A stretch of 63,880 bases of DNA, the filler included, from Lama guanicoe (lineage: Eukaryota), in assembly GCA_013239625.1 (NCBI GenBank). It is 191 parts of 191 records of this genome, joined end to end, with 100 filler letters (N's around TTAATTAATTAA, not from the genome) between each part and the next. Parts side by side here need not be neighbours in the genome. Positions count along the whole stretch, not along the records: positions 50,917 to 51,151 come from PNXV01045137.1; positions 51,252 to 51,486 come from PNXV01045138.1; positions 51,587 to 51,821 come from PNXV01045139.1; positions 51,922 to 52,156 come from PNXV01045140.1; positions 52,257 to 52,491 come from PNXV01045141.1; positions 52,592 to 52,826 come from PNXV01045142.1; positions 52,927 to 53,161 come from PNXV01045143.1; positions 53,262 to 53,496 come from PNXV01045144.1; 183 more parts are not named here. One strand, written 5' to 3'. Every line of letters begins with the position of its first letter. Position 1 is the stretch's first letter. The notes below the pieces were generated by a model. It was not told the DNA's origin. It made no database searches and saw nothing but the letters and a program-made list of their open reading frames with translations. Positions 50,817 to 63,880 of the stretch are shown here, one piece after another. Made by a program: the position numbers and the translations under genes.

Positions 50817-52926
50817 NNNNNNNNNNNNNNNNNNNNNNNNNNNNNNNNNNNNNNNNNNNNTTAATTAATTAANNNNNNNNNNNNNNNNNNNNNNNNNNNN
50901 NNNNNNNNNNNNNNNNAATTTCCTTTAAGCCAATTGGATAGAGCTCTTTAATGAATTAATTTTGGCCATGCCACATATATACAGCACACATATAGGTACG
51001 TACAATCACAAACACAGAGACCTCATAATTCCCATTTTAAATCTTTAGCCATAAATTAGGTACAACGATGTAAGACTCAGAAGAGGTTGGATAGAAATTG
51101 AATTTTTGGCAGGTGGAACAAATCAAAGCTGCCTGACTAGATAGCTAAACANNNNNNNNNNNNNNNNNNNNNNNNNNNNNNNNNNNNNNNNNNNNTTAAT
51201 TAATTAANNNNNNNNNNNNNNNNNNNNNNNNNNNNNNNNNNNNNNNNNNNNGCAGTGGCGATGGCACTTTCTCCTAGTTTAACAAGGTGACACATGTGCC
51301 CCAAGGTGCACTTAACCAGTTTTTATCTATTTTCTGCCTGCACATGCTCAGTGTCATTTTCTTTGTTCACGAGGCTTACAGTATATCAATAGCATGTGCG
51401 TACTTCTACTTTCTTTGTTCTAAAACTTATATAACCGGCACATATGTAAAATCATCATTTACTTTATACTATAAGTATGTTGTTGTNNNNNNNNNNNNNN
51501 NNNNNNNNNNNNNNNNNNNNNNNNNNNNNNTTAATTAATTAANNNNNNNNNNNNNNNNNNNNNNNNNNNNNNNNNNNNNNNNNNNNTCTTTATCTCTCTC
51601 CCTACCCCTCAACCTCAAGATGCCTTTTTTTTTTTTCTCAAAGTGATGTCAAGGGGGAGGGAAGGCTGAGTTAGGAGAGGGCCTGGAGCTGCCCGAGACC
51701 ATGCCAGAGGAGCCCACCTCAGAGAGCACAAAAGCGCTGGGTGTGCTGCGCCGGGCTCTGCCAGATAGAGCGTCAGGATGGCAGTGGACGGAGCACTGGG
51801 AGAGGAGACAGGGAACCAAGGNNNNNNNNNNNNNNNNNNNNNNNNNNNNNNNNNNNNNNNNNNNNTTAATTAATTAANNNNNNNNNNNNNNNNNNNNNNN
51901 NNNNNNNNNNNNNNNNNNNNNACCCAACGTGCTTTCTGCTAAAGCAGGAACTGAAACGAACAAATAGGGTTTGTTTCCAGGGGTTCCAGAGTATGAAAAA
52001 GAGGTTTCCAGGAACTCCCCAGAAAGATCCAGGGGGAGCTCACCATCCTTTTGTCCAACATGCATACAGTTTGTCACACATCTCTCCTTTAATGAGCATC
52101 TCTTGAGGACCCTCCATATGTACACCTGGTCATTACAAGAAACAATCCCAAAACCCNNNNNNNNNNNNNNNNNNNNNNNNNNNNNNNNNNNNNNNNNNNN
52201 TTAATTAATTAANNNNNNNNNNNNNNNNNNNNNNNNNNNNNNNNNNNNNNNNNNNNATTGCATTTATCTATGCAGGAGATAGTTAAAACCTAGACTAAGT
52301 AAAAATAAAAATCAAAAAACAAAGGGAATAGTCAGTATTTGGTAACAAATCATTAAGCAAAATATATTTCCTAAGTATAGATGGACAGCTTAGCCATTTG
52401 TTTTGAGATGCTTTTGAAATACCCATATCTGAAGAGACTATCTGAAAGGGTTATTGGAAGAATGGAAAAGAGACTATTGCAATGGGGGAGGNNNNNNNNN
52501 NNNNNNNNNNNNNNNNNNNNNNNNNNNNNNNNNNNTTAATTAATTAANNNNNNNNNNNNNNNNNNNNNNNNNNNNNNNNNNNNNNNNNNNNAAGTCAATG
52601 ATTGGTGAATGGAGAGTGTGACCCCAGGCAACCAGTGGGGGAAGGGTACAATGATCCAGGTGATACTGGAGTAGACTCAATGACATCAGTGTATTTCCTG
52701 TATCTATTTTTTGCCCTTTTAAAAATTAATTACCTTTATAATATGTGCAAGACATTTTCCTTTATGGAAATGACAGTTTTACTCATTTTTATTTTGCTCA
52801 GTCTTGTTAGCAGTTTATCGATTTTANNNNNNNNNNNNNNNNNNNNNNNNNNNNNNNNNNNNNNNNNNNNTTAATTAATTAANNNNNNNNNNNNNNNNNN
52901 NNNNNNNNNNNNNNNNNNNNNNNNNN

Positions 52927-53161
52927 CTTCTGTACTTTGGCTATTGTAACTAAAGAAGCAATGAACATGGAGATATGTACACATTTTCAAGTGGGTGATT
53001 TTGTTCACTTCAAAAAAAAATACTCAGAAGTGAAACTGATGGATTGTATGGTGGTTTATTTTTAATTTTTTCAGGAAACGTCATACTGTTTTCCATGGTG
53101 GCTATACCAATCTACATTCCCACCAACAGGGCACAGGGGTCCCCTGTTCTCCACATCGTTG
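52927..53161 (-). mobile_element. LINE-1 ORF2 C-terminal fragment
   Basis: CATACTGTTTTCCATGGTGGCTATACCAATCTACATTCCCACCAACAG. Confidence 0.9.
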
Positions 53162-53334
53162 NNNNNNNNNNNNNNNNNNNNNNNNNNNNNNNNNNNNNNN
53201 NNNNNTTAATTAATTAANNNNNNNNNNNNNNNNNNNNNNNNNNNNNNNNNNNNNNNNNNNNGGGTGCACACACGTTGTCGCATCACGGAGCTACCCAGGT
53301 GCGGAGAATCCACACTCCCTAAAAGGGATTTAGA

Positions 53335-53459
53335 GGGGAGGGCGTAGCTCAGTGGTAGAGCACGTGCTTAACATGCACAAAGTCCTGGGTTCCATCCCCA
53401 GTCCCTCCGTTAAAAATAAACAAATAAACCTAATCCACCGCCACCAAAAAAAAAAAAAA
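53335..53459 (+). mobile_element. tRNA-derived SINE, vic-1-like, full length with poly(A)
   Basis: GGGGAGGGCGTAGCTCAGTGGTAGAGCACGTGCTTAACATGCAC...CCTCCGTTAAAAATAAACAAATAAACCTAAT followed by poly(A). Confidence 0.9.
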
Positions 53460-55974
53460 GACAAAACCTGACTTAGATAACTCAGGGTCAAATTCCNNNN
53501 NNNNNNNNNNNNNNNNNNNNNNNNNNNNNNNNNNNNNNNNTTAATTAATTAANNNNNNNNNNNNNNNNNNNNNNNNNNNNNNNNNNNNNNNNNNNNGAGA
53601 GGGGAGAACCTAAGTTACTGAGACATAAGACAAGCAACACAGCCGAAGGGTAAACCTTTAAGCAATCTTTGAAACATTAACAAAACTGAGAATTCTCTTT
53701 CAAAGGTGACAGAGAAATGAAGTGGACACAACGCCATCTCTGAGTGACAAGGGGGACCCGCCAGAAATCGGGCAGAAATTAAAAATGACCGTTCATTGTA
53801 TTTTGAACAGTTTCACGCCAGAATAAATTTGNNNNNNNNNNNNNNNNNNNNNNNNNNNNNNNNNNNNNNNNNNNNTTAATTAATTAANNNNNNNNNNNNN
53901 NNNNNNNNNNNNNNNNNNNNNNNNNNNNNNNGGGACAGTGAACTCAAGGGAGCAGGTGCAGTTTGAAGGGGTGGAAGGGGGAAAGACGCGGGTCGGGCGG
54001 CGGCACGTGTGCACTGGGAATAATGTCTCTCACCTCAGGAACGTCCCATCTGATCATCATGACATAGGAGCTCCCTAAGCAGATGGGGCTTGTAACAGTA
54101 TCAAATATTAAAGGACGGAGATCGGTCTTGATCTTAGAGGCAGTGAGGAGCCGCTGCAGTCTTTGGNNNNNNNNNNNNNNNNNNNNNNNNNNNNNNNNNN
54201 NNNNNNNNNNTTAATTAATTAANNNNNNNNNNNNNNNNNNNNNNNNNNNNNNNNNNNNNNNNNNNNGAGACAACTCCACGAAGCTCTCTTCAGTCACAGG
54301 TGTTCCCTGCTAGGGGAAGTAGGAGAAATACCTTCCCTGACCTTGGGGAGGCTTCCTCTTTCTTAGGGATTTCCTGCAACACCCCCTAGCATTCCCGGGC
54401 ACAGAGATTTGTGGAAAAACCTCAGGGGAGACGAGCACAGGCATTCCCTTTGAACCCACGCGCTGCCTACCGTTGATGGAACCTCCCCACGCTCAGGATT
54501 NNNNNNNNNNNNNNNNNNNNNNNNNNNNNNNNNNNNNNNNNNNNTTAATTAATTAANNNNNNNNNNNNNNNNNNNNNNNNNNNNNNNNNNNNNNNNNNNN
54601 CTAGAGACCTAGAGACCAAGAGACCACAAGGTGGCAGCGTCCCAGGGAGAACTGCTGTCACTGCAAGGTTCTTTCTTACTTCCTTTATGATACTGTTTTC
54701 AAAGGGTAGCAAGAGTAAACATTTGGAATAACTGCACTGAGGTCTCAGCAGTTGGCTAAGCCTAAGAAAGTGATGTGAATCCAGAGAGCTGTGCCAAATC
54801 CCAAAAGGCTACCCTTCTAAAGAAGGAAAGGTTTTNNNNNNNNNNNNNNNNNNNNNNNNNNNNNNNNNNNNNNNNNNNNTTAATTAATTAANNNNNNNNN
54901 NNNNNNNNNNNNNNNNNNNNNNNNNNNNNNNNNNNGTCTGGCTTGAGTCGGCTGGCTAGGTGTATGTAAGCTGGCGTGAGCTCTGTCTGCCCTACATAGT
55001 GCCTCCCTCTGTCCTCCGCTGGCAGAGGCATCTTCTAGCAGAAGTGTGTGGAGGCACTGGTAACATTACGTATTACCGAGTGTAATTAACTCAAGTTGCT
55101 GTAAGGAAAGGAGGAAACAATCCAGTCACTCCCTGACTCTCAGGTTTCTGATCTTTTAGTCCTTCCATCANNNNNNNNNNNNNNNNNNNNNNNNNNNNNN
55201 NNNNNNNNNNNNNNTTAATTAATTAANNNNNNNNNNNNNNNNNNNNNNNNNNNNNNNNNNNNNNNNNNNNGCAGTATGCAAGTTTGGATCCCAAACTGTT
55301 GCTCAGACACCCCCTCCCCATATTTGCTTCCCCCACCTTTCAGGGGAACTCCAGGTCACAGCCTTTTTTGCCCATAGAAGAAACTTCTTTGAGCTAAAAA
55401 GTATCTCATTTTCTTCAAGATTGAGACTGAGTGAAGAGGGCAATGCTTAACTCAACGGTTAATGGTAGAATTTCAGATAATAGAGGAGATATTAAGTTGA
55501 AGTGANNNNNNNNNNNNNNNNNNNNNNNNNNNNNNNNNNNNNNNNNNNNTTAATTAATTAANNNNNNNNNNNNNNNNNNNNNNNNNNNNNNNNNNNNNNN
55601 NNNNNAGTAAGTGATCCAAAGGCAAGAGAAAGTTAAGTTACCAGAACAAAGAACCTGCAGGTGTCTTTCCTGAGGAATAATGATAACTTCAGAGGTTACC
55701 TTGGTAACAACTGTTACAGGCACAAAAATCTCAGCATAAATTAAAAAATAAATTAAAACTATGATGTTATTACATAAATAAGAAGCATTACATTTTGGCT
55801 ATAAAACCATGTCTTTTCTAAATTTCTGATGGCCCATCATNNNNNNNNNNNNNNNNNNNNNNNNNNNNNNNNNNNNNNNNNNNNTTAATTAATTAANNNN
55901 NNNNNNNNNNNNNNNNNNNNNNNNNNNNNNNNNNNNNNNNGGTGTTGTAAACAGTGAGACTAGGAGTCTGGTTT

Positions 55975-56150
55975 GGGTGAAAAGAGCACGGGATTTAGAT
56001 TCAGAGATTTACACCCAAACTCCTCCCTTTCTGGCTGCGTGACGTGGGGCTGAGCTGCTTAGGCTCTTTAGCCCTCAGCTCCCGCATCTATCAAAAGGGA
56101 GTTATTATTCCCATTTTTGGGTTGTATGAGGATTAAATGGGATAACCTAT
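55975..56150 (+). mobile_element. MIR SINE
   Basis: GGCTGCGTGACGTGGGG...CTCAGCTCCCGCATCTATCAAAAGGGA...GGGTTGTATGAGGATTAAATGGGATAA core. Confidence 0.8.
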
Positions 56151-58620
56151 GCTTTAAAACCTGCTTTGTGGGCATNNNNNNNNNNNNNNNNNNNNNNNNN
56201 NNNNNNNNNNNNNNNNNNNTTAATTAATTAANNNNNNNNNNNNNNNNNNNNNNNNNNNNNNNNNNNNNNNNNNNNCACTGTCTTTGACCCCACACTGAGA
56301 TTCATGCGAAGTCCCAGATGCTTTCAAGCATGTGTAAGGGGATGTATGACACTTGCTTTCTTTCCTTTTCAAAATGTGTATGTTCAGAATCATTTCACTG
56401 CCTTCCAGAGAGACTGCTCACCAAAGTCTTGGGACATGTACCAGAGCTAATATATTTATTTTCTATGGTTTGTTATGCACTTAGCAAAATAATTTGTTTT
56501 TGAAAAAAAANNNNNNNNNNNNNNNNNNNNNNNNNNNNNNNNNNNNNNNNNNNNTTAATTAATTAANNNNNNNNNNNNNNNNNNNNNNNNNNNNNNNNNN
56601 NNNNNNNNNNAAGACAATGATGAAAAAACTACATATCAAAACTTGTGAGACAAATAGCTGGTAATTATGGAAAAAAATACTCTCAAATGCCTGTATTACA
56701 AAAAAGGGCTGAGCATCAATAAATACGCACTATACATATTAGATAAAAAATAACTGTAGAATAAATCCAAAGGAAATAAGAGGAAAATACATTTAAAAAG
56801 AAAGCAGAAATTAACAACATAGAAAATAAAGGCACAACTATGAAANNNNNNNNNNNNNNNNNNNNNNNNNNNNNNNNNNNNNNNNNNNNTTAATTAATTA
56901 ANNNNNNNNNNNNNNNNNNNNNNNNNNNNNNNNNNNNNNNNNNNNCTCTGTTCCCTGAGCAAGTGTGAAGTGAAGGGAACATCTGTGGTTTTCTGTTTGC
57001 CCTCCGTGCATACATTCTTCTATAGCCACATTATTGCCGCTGGAGCTTCAACCCTGTGATGATACTCCAATATCTTGGCAAGGTTAGGGCTGGCCTCAGT
57101 CTCTGATCATCACTTAAAGTTTTGAATGAAAAAATATGTGTTAAGGGTCAGGGAAGTGTGTCTTTACATGGTATTACAGTNNNNNNNNNNNNNNNNNNNN
57201 NNNNNNNNNNNNNNNNNNNNNNNNTTAATTAATTAANNNNNNNNNNNNNNNNNNNNNNNNNNNNNNNNNNNNNNNNNNNNCTGCTTCTACAAGCAAATTT
57301 CAGGTCTTTTTAAAGGTCAAGTGCTAAATATTTCATAGTAATAATGCATCTCCTAACTATTTAACATTTCTAAAACTGTAATACTATTTTTACTGGGTTC
57401 CCTCCGCTTTGTCAATGTGTCCTGGTCAAAAGTTTTGAAAGCTGTGCCCCAACCTCATTTTTTACTGTGTGATTTTTAAAAATACGTATTCACATTGTGT
57501 TATAGTAGGACTATTNNNNNNNNNNNNNNNNNNNNNNNNNNNNNNNNNNNNNNNNNNNNTTAATTAATTAANNNNNNNNNNNNNNNNNNNNNNNNNNNNN
57601 NNNNNNNNNNNNNNNTTTTGCTACTAGTCATTAAATAGGCTGTAGTTACTTAACGTGCTCAGTTCCACTAAGCTGGGAGAAGAGGAAGACGATTCTGGGT
57701 GGAGAGATGAAATAGCCAGGGCTTTCTTACTTTTACCCGGGAAGGGCTAAGGGAAGGGCCGAGCTCTTAGTTCAGGCAAGGCGTTTAACTTGAATAAATA
57801 ATAATAATAAAGAAAAATGTGACAGTCATGGAAAACATAAATTAACTTGGNNNNNNNNNNNNNNNNNNNNNNNNNNNNNNNNNNNNNNNNNNNNTTAATT
57901 AATTAANNNNNNNNNNNNNNNNNNNNNNNNNNNNNNNNNNNNNNNNNNNNAACAGTAAACAGCAGCACCAGAAAGACACTCATTTGTCTCCAAAGGATAC
58001 ACTCTTTCAGCTGATTTTGCAAGAAGAGCAACTTTGCTCACTTGAATGTGAAACTTACATTCTTTCCATTATACTACAACTTCTTGTCTTGATACTCATC
58101 TACAAAGTATTATTTCAGTTAAATAATATCATTGTTATACCTCCAGAGGAGACCTCACCCAGAATTGCTGATATTGTCCTTTTTTNNNNNNNNNNNNNNN
58201 NNNNNNNNNNNNNNNNNNNNNNNNNNNNNTTAATTAATTAANNNNNNNNNNNNNNNNNNNNNNNNNNNNNNNNNNNNNNNNNNNNGAGACCCAGAGCTGG
58301 AAGCTGCATCACTCTTCCAGAAACCGGCCCAGGCTTCTCCTGGTTCACCCAGGGGGTGGGCCCAGGGACCATTCTGGCCAGGGTCACTATCAGCAAACTG
58401 GTCCCCAGCCCTGCTTCTCTCATAAAATGAGAAGACAGCCTCATGGGCCGTTTTGGTGATTAACAACTGCCAGACAAGAGACCAAACTGAAGGAGAGGAG
58501 AACCAACCCAGAGGAGACTCNNNNNNNNNNNNNNNNNNNNNNNNNNNNNNNNNNNNNNNNNNNNTTAATTAATTAANNNNNNNNNNNNNNNNNNNNNNNN
58601 NNNNNNNNNNNNNNNNNNNN

Positions 58621-59860
58621 CCAGCACTTCAGGATCCAAACAATCATCACCCCTGTAAGAGGAATCCAACGTGCTGTCTGGCCTCTGGCATCCCGGGCGG
58701 GTGCCTTGTCACGTGCATCATCAACTGCTGGACTGACAGAAGGAGAACGAAAAATAGTTAGGCTGTGTGCTTGGAAGTCTGCTTATTCTCATCAAGGGGA
58801 GAAGAGGAACTTGGGAACAACAGGAAGAGCTGTGGGATTAAAGAAGAAATCCAAGNNNNNNNNNNNNNNNNNNNNNNNNNNNNNNNNNNNNNNNNNNNNT
58901 TAATTAATTAANNNNNNNNNNNNNNNNNNNNNNNNNNNNNNNNNNNNNNNNNNNNTAAAAAATTAAATTAAAATTAAAATAAAAAATAAATAGAAACACT
59001 GACCCAAAAAAAAATTTTTTTTAATAGCTCTTTCCCAGCATGAGAATAAACGAGATAAATCACTTGCTTTGGGAGAGTGGAGAGGTAGAGGGCAAAAGAG
59101 AAAAAGCCCACTACAGAAGTCACAAAAAGAAGATGCCAAGCCCCTTCTACCCAAAACAGCACAGAATAAAAAGCCCAGCCGCCTCTCAGANNNNNNNNNN
59201 NNNNNNNNNNNNNNNNNNNNNNNNNNNNNNNNNNTTAATTAATTAANNNNNNNNNNNNNNNNNNNNNNNNNNNNNNNNNNNNNNNNNNNNAAAAGAATAT
59301 GAAAATGAATATATGCATATTCATGTATGCCTGAAAAATTGTGCTGCACAGCAGAAATGACACAACATTGTAAACTGTCTATACCTCAATAAAAAATTAA
59401 AACTTCGTGGGAACAAGTAGGGAAAAAAATGTTCCTCTGATCCTCTTCAGTGTGTCCAATCTTGGGTTTTTGTTGTTGTTGTTCTAGTGGTGTGCTTTAG
59501 TTTTTCCACTTGACTCCTGGATTTCNNNNNNNNNNNNNNNNNNNNNNNNNNNNNNNNNNNNNNNNNNNNTTAATTAATTAANNNNNNNNNNNNNNNNNNN
59601 NNNNNNNNNNNNNNNNNNNNNNNNNCCAGCACTTCAGGATCCAAACAATCATCACCCCTGTAAGAGGAATCCAATGTGCTGTCTGGCCTCTGGCATCCCG
59701 GGCGGGTGCCTTGTCACCTGCATCATCAACTGCTGGACTGACAGAAGGAGAATGAAAAATAGTGAGGCTGTGTGCTTGGAAGTCTGCTTATTCTCATCAA
59801 GGGGAGAGGAAGAACTTGGGAACAACAGGAAGAGCTGTGGGATTAAAGAAGAAATCCAAG
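58621..59860 (+). repeat. Near-identical contig pair 58621-58855 / 59626-59860
   Basis: 6 substitutions in 235 bp. Confidence 0.97.
59291..59402 (+). mobile_element. LINE-1 3' terminus
   Basis: AAAAGAATATGAAAATGAATATATG...GACACAACATTGTAAACTGTCTATACCTCAATAAAAAA. Confidence 0.88.
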
Positions 59861-60070
59861 NNNNNNNNNNNNNNNNNNNNNNNNNNNNNNNNNNNNNNNN
59901 NNNNTTAATTAATTAANNNNNNNNNNNNNNNNNNNNNNNNNNNNNNNNNNNNNNNNNNNNTTAAAGAAAATTAGAAGAGGCAGGGCTCAGGAATGTCTTT
60001 CCTGATGTTAAGGGAGAGCAGAGTAATAGCTAACACATAGGACAGCGGGCACCTAGCTAGCCTTTGATCA

Positions 60071-60193
<123 letters not shown>

Positions 60194-60965
60194 CANNNNN
60201 NNNNNNNNNNNNNNNNNNNNNNNNNNNNNNNNNNNNNNNTTAATTAATTAANNNNNNNNNNNNNNNNNNNNNNNNNNNNNNNNNNNNNNNNNNNNTATTC
60301 AAAACTGAGTTGACTTTATAATTTTCTTTTTTCATGGTGCCATTTCCTGGTTTAAATATCAAACTTATGCTGGCGTCACCAAATGAGTCAGAGGCTTAGT
60401 ACATTGTTCAAAATCAATCAGTGTATTGTAATTTTAATAGCTTCACAACTTTTTGTATCATAATTGACTTGCACATTGAGAAAGACACTGTATGTATAGT
60501 TTGTCAGTAATTTTAATAGTGAAGATGGTANNNNNNNNNNNNNNNNNNNNNNNNNNNNNNNNNNNNNNNNNNNNTTAATTAATTAANNNNNNNNNNNNNN
60601 NNNNNNNNNNNNNNNNNNNNNNNNNNNNNNAATAAATAAAAATTTATCAGAGTTGGTTTTACTAGTAAATCCAATTCAGGGGCTATGCCAAAATGCGATG
60701 GATTCAGCTAGTTTTAATCCCCGAGGGTCATCCGCAGGTGTATGGAATGGTGGGGCCGTACAGTATTTGCATGTGATTAGCATGTAATTTACACTCTTTA
60801 ATTTAGACTCTGCAATTTGTTCTCAGTCTCCTTTTGAGTGGAAACTTCTTTAATTTTCTTCTTTGNNNNNNNNNNNNNNNNNNNNNNNNNNNNNNNNNNN
60901 NNNNNNNNNTTAATTAATTAANNNNNNNNNNNNNNNNNNNNNNNNNNNNNNNNNNNNNNNNNNNN

Positions 60966-61190
60966 AGTCACCTAACTCTGACAAGGGTATCATGAACGCA
61001 CAACGGGGAACCAATATTCTCTTCAATACATTTCATTGGCTGCAGGGGATATACACGTGCAAGAAAGTTGAACCTTACTTACACCACACACAATAATCAA
61101 CACAAAATGGATTAGAGACTTAAACATCACAACTGAAAGTACGAAACCTCTTGAAGGAAACGTGCAAAAAGCACACTGACCTTGGATGCC
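60966..61190 (+). mobile_element. LINE-1 ORF2 fragment
   Basis: Degenerate DKG...LFN...PYLHHTQ..INTKWIRDLNI..E..K.LE. Confidence 0.75.
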
Positions 61191-61635
61191 TCAGGTGGGC
61201 NNNNNNNNNNNNNNNNNNNNNNNNNNNNNNNNNNNNNNNNNNNNTTAATTAATTAANNNNNNNNNNNNNNNNNNNNNNNNNNNNNNNNNNNNNNNNNNNN
61301 GCTTTGGCTAATCTCGTAGTATCACCTCAGATCTGGGCTTGGGAGGAGTGGAGTAGTGAGAGATTTCTGTATTTGATGTCTGTTGCCTGCGGCATCTTGC
61401 TCACAGCTACCACAGAAGCCACTGCCCAGAGGGACAGCAGGACAAAGATAGGGAAGGCAAATTCTTCTTCTTTTTTGTTTAAATCAGGTAGGAGAATAAG
61501 TTCTTTATTATCAGTTAGAAGGTCTTTGGGACTCANNNNNNNNNNNNNNNNNNNNNNNNNNNNNNNNNNNNNNNNNNNNTTAATTAATTAANNNNNNNNN
61601 NNNNNNNNNNNNNNNNNNNNNNNNNNNNNNNNNNN

Positions 61636-61870
61636 ACATTATGTTGTGTACCAGAAATTGACACAACATTGTAAACTGACTATATTTCCATATTATATAT
61701 ATATTTATATATTCCAATATTAATATATATTTTATATGTATATATTATATGCATTTATTATACATATATGTAATATATATTTATAATAATATATTATAAA
61801 TATATATTACATATTAACATTTTAAACTGACTATATTTCCATATTATATATATATATTTATATATGTATA
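61636..61870 (+). repeat. L1 3' end followed by (TA)-rich tract containing a second copy of the L1 terminus
   Basis: AACATT(G/T)TAAACTGACTATATTTCCATATTATATATAT at 61665 and 61816. Confidence 0.85.
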
Positions 61871-63394
61871 NNNNNNNNNNNNNNNNNNNNNNNNNNNNNN
61901 NNNNNNNNNNNNNNTTAATTAATTAANNNNNNNNNNNNNNNNNNNNNNNNNNNNNNNNNNNNNNNNNNNNGTTCCACTCTTGCTTTCATCACCTCTCCAC
62001 CTCCAAGTCCCAGCCACCCTCTCCTGCCTGCTTCCCCACGTGCCACATCCTGGGGGAGGAAAGGGTGGTGGGCAATGCCCCCTCCACCCTCCGCTTTGGG
62101 AGGTTCAGGAGTCAGCTTCAACTTGTGAGCTGTTTTGGTAATTGGGCTTTTCCAGATTTTCTAGACTTCTCCTTTCCAGCTCTGAGAAATTGGAGATGTA
62201 ACTTANNNNNNNNNNNNNNNNNNNNNNNNNNNNNNNNNNNNNNNNNNNNTTAATTAATTAANNNNNNNNNNNNNNNNNNNNNNNNNNNNNNNNNNNNNNN
62301 NNNNNTGAACTTCAAGGCCCCGTTTTGCACTACTCTTCCCCAACGGCGCTCCCCACCCTGGCAGTGAATTCTGAGAGGTCTTCGTCACATCCAGCACTCG
62401 CTCACAGCCTCTCCTGGGGGCAGGAAACAGCACCTCTGCAGCGTGCCCAGCACCTGATGACTTGAAATACAAGAGCCATGGTGGCCTTCATGGTGGAAAG
62501 GAGCCCTGTGAACAGACATTCAAAACGGCTGGCGAATAGGNNNNNNNNNNNNNNNNNNNNNNNNNNNNNNNNNNNNNNNNNNNNTTAATTAATTAANNNN
62601 NNNNNNNNNNNNNNNNNNNNNNNNNNNNNNNNNNNNNNNNATGGGTCACCTCAGAAGGCACTGGATTCTCACAAAGGAGGCCCAGGAGATGTGACTCAAA
62701 GTTCTCCTGTGGTCTGAACTTCGAAGGGCCTGAGGTCTGGGGGAGCTCCTAATTAGCAGACACACATGCCAGTGAGCAGGTGAGGATGGAGTAACCCAGG
62801 CAAGTCTGTTCTCACTCCGACCCCTAGGCTCTCAGGAGCCACGGGAAAGGCCTGTGTCCAGGGCACAGCCCAGCCNNNNNNNNNNNNNNNNNNNNNNNNN
62901 NNNNNNNNNNNNNNNNNNNTTAATTAATTAANNNNNNNNNNNNNNNNNNNNNNNNNNNNNNNNNNNNNNNNNNNNACAGTGATCCTCAACCTAAATTTAC
63001 AATTGGATGCCAAACAGTTAATCATCACCCTCACTCCCTGAAACATTCAAATTGTTCTATTGCCCAGGGAAAGTCAAAGGTCTGTCTCCCCTCTGCTTAG
63101 AGCTGATAGGAACACAGATCAAGTTAATCCAGTTATCAAATTAAAAAGAAAACAGCTGCTAATCTGTTTATACTCCACGCTTAGGGAGTTGTAGGTCCTA
63201 AGTTCTCAGANNNNNNNNNNNNNNNNNNNNNNNNNNNNNNNNNNNNNNNNNNNNTTAATTAATTAANNNNNNNNNNNNNNNNNNNNNNNNNNNNNNNNNN
63301 NNNNNNNNNNTCCTCAGGTTTCTCCCTGCCCTTAACCTCCCCCATCCCCCTCAAAAAAACACTCCTTTTTTCAACGTGCAAAAGTTACGGAAAA

Positions 63395-63545
63395 TGCAAC
63401 ATGGATGGACTTGGAGGGCATTACGCTCAGTGAAATAAGTCAGACAGAGAAAGACCAATACTGTATGATATCACTTATATGTGGAATCTTAAAAGCACAA
63501 CAGACTAGTGAATACAACAAAAATGACCCAGACTCACAGACACAG
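63395..63545 (+). mobile_element. LINE-1 ORF2 C-terminus
   Basis: ATWMDLEGITLSEISQTEKDQYCMISLICGI. Confidence 0.93.
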
Positions 63546-63645
63546 NNNNNNNNNNNNNNNNNNNNNNNNNNNNNNNNNNNNNNNNNNNNTTAATTAATTA
63601 ANNNNNNNNNNNNNNNNNNNNNNNNNNNNNNNNNNNNNNNNNNNN

Positions 63646-63865
63646 TAATCCCTTTTATCACTATGTAATATTCCTCTTTATCCCTGAAAAACCTTGTTCT
63701 CAAGTGTAGTTTATTTAAATTTGATATAGTTACTCCAGACTTCTTTTGGTTAATGATTTCATCTTTCTCTATCCGTTTACCTAACCTATCACTATCTCGT
63801 ATTTGTAGTGGATTTCTTATCGGCAACATACAGTTGGATCATTTTTTAAATCTAATATAAGATTC
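63646..63865 (-). mobile_element. LINE-1 endonuclease-domain fragment
   Basis: NQKKSGVTI...RDKEEYYIVIKGI, compare the L1 EN motif RDKEGHYIMIKGSI. Confidence 0.8.
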
Positions 63866-63880
63866 TCCTTCAACAAGTGC

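Noticed and set aside
53335..53410. tRNA-Ala-like gene (also 25918, 33935, 46568)
   Set aside because: Degenerate stems, a shared non-tRNA tail and A-rich ends identify these as SINE copies.

Overview
This window is not one continuous locus. It is an artificial pseudo-scaffold of 191 unrelated, size-sorted mini-contigs (187 of 235 bp, three of 234 bp, one of 233 bp). They are joined by 190 identical 100-bp linkers: N44-TTAATTAATTAA-N44, which place stop codons in all six frames. The DNA is placental-mammal nuclear sequence, very probably camelid, judging from five vic-1-like tRNA-derived SINEs and artiodactyl-type L1 3' ends. Most recognisable content is LINE-1, L2, MIR, MaLR/ERV LTR and DNA-transposon debris. 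Real coding fragments: the first coding exon of ATXN7 (minus strand, cut exactly where the polyQ/CAG tract starts, missed by the ORF track), a complete ITGAX-like transmembrane exon (also missed), the 5' end of an OR4A-type olfactory receptor with two motif-breaking substitutions, and an ERV env TM fragment. Four contig pairs are near-identical, with exactly 49 identical bases at both ends, the signature of unresolved k~49 de Bruijn bubbles. Other points of interest are an L1 twin-priming inversion junction, a 42-bp satellite, a 20-bp-phased triple ETS/GABP promoter array and an LTR with octamer, TATA and polyA signals. I find no support for a novel multi-gene system. Adjacent fragments are not genomic neighbours, and the striking periodicity is an assembly artefact. 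Family names come from recall of consensus sequences, not from database searches.
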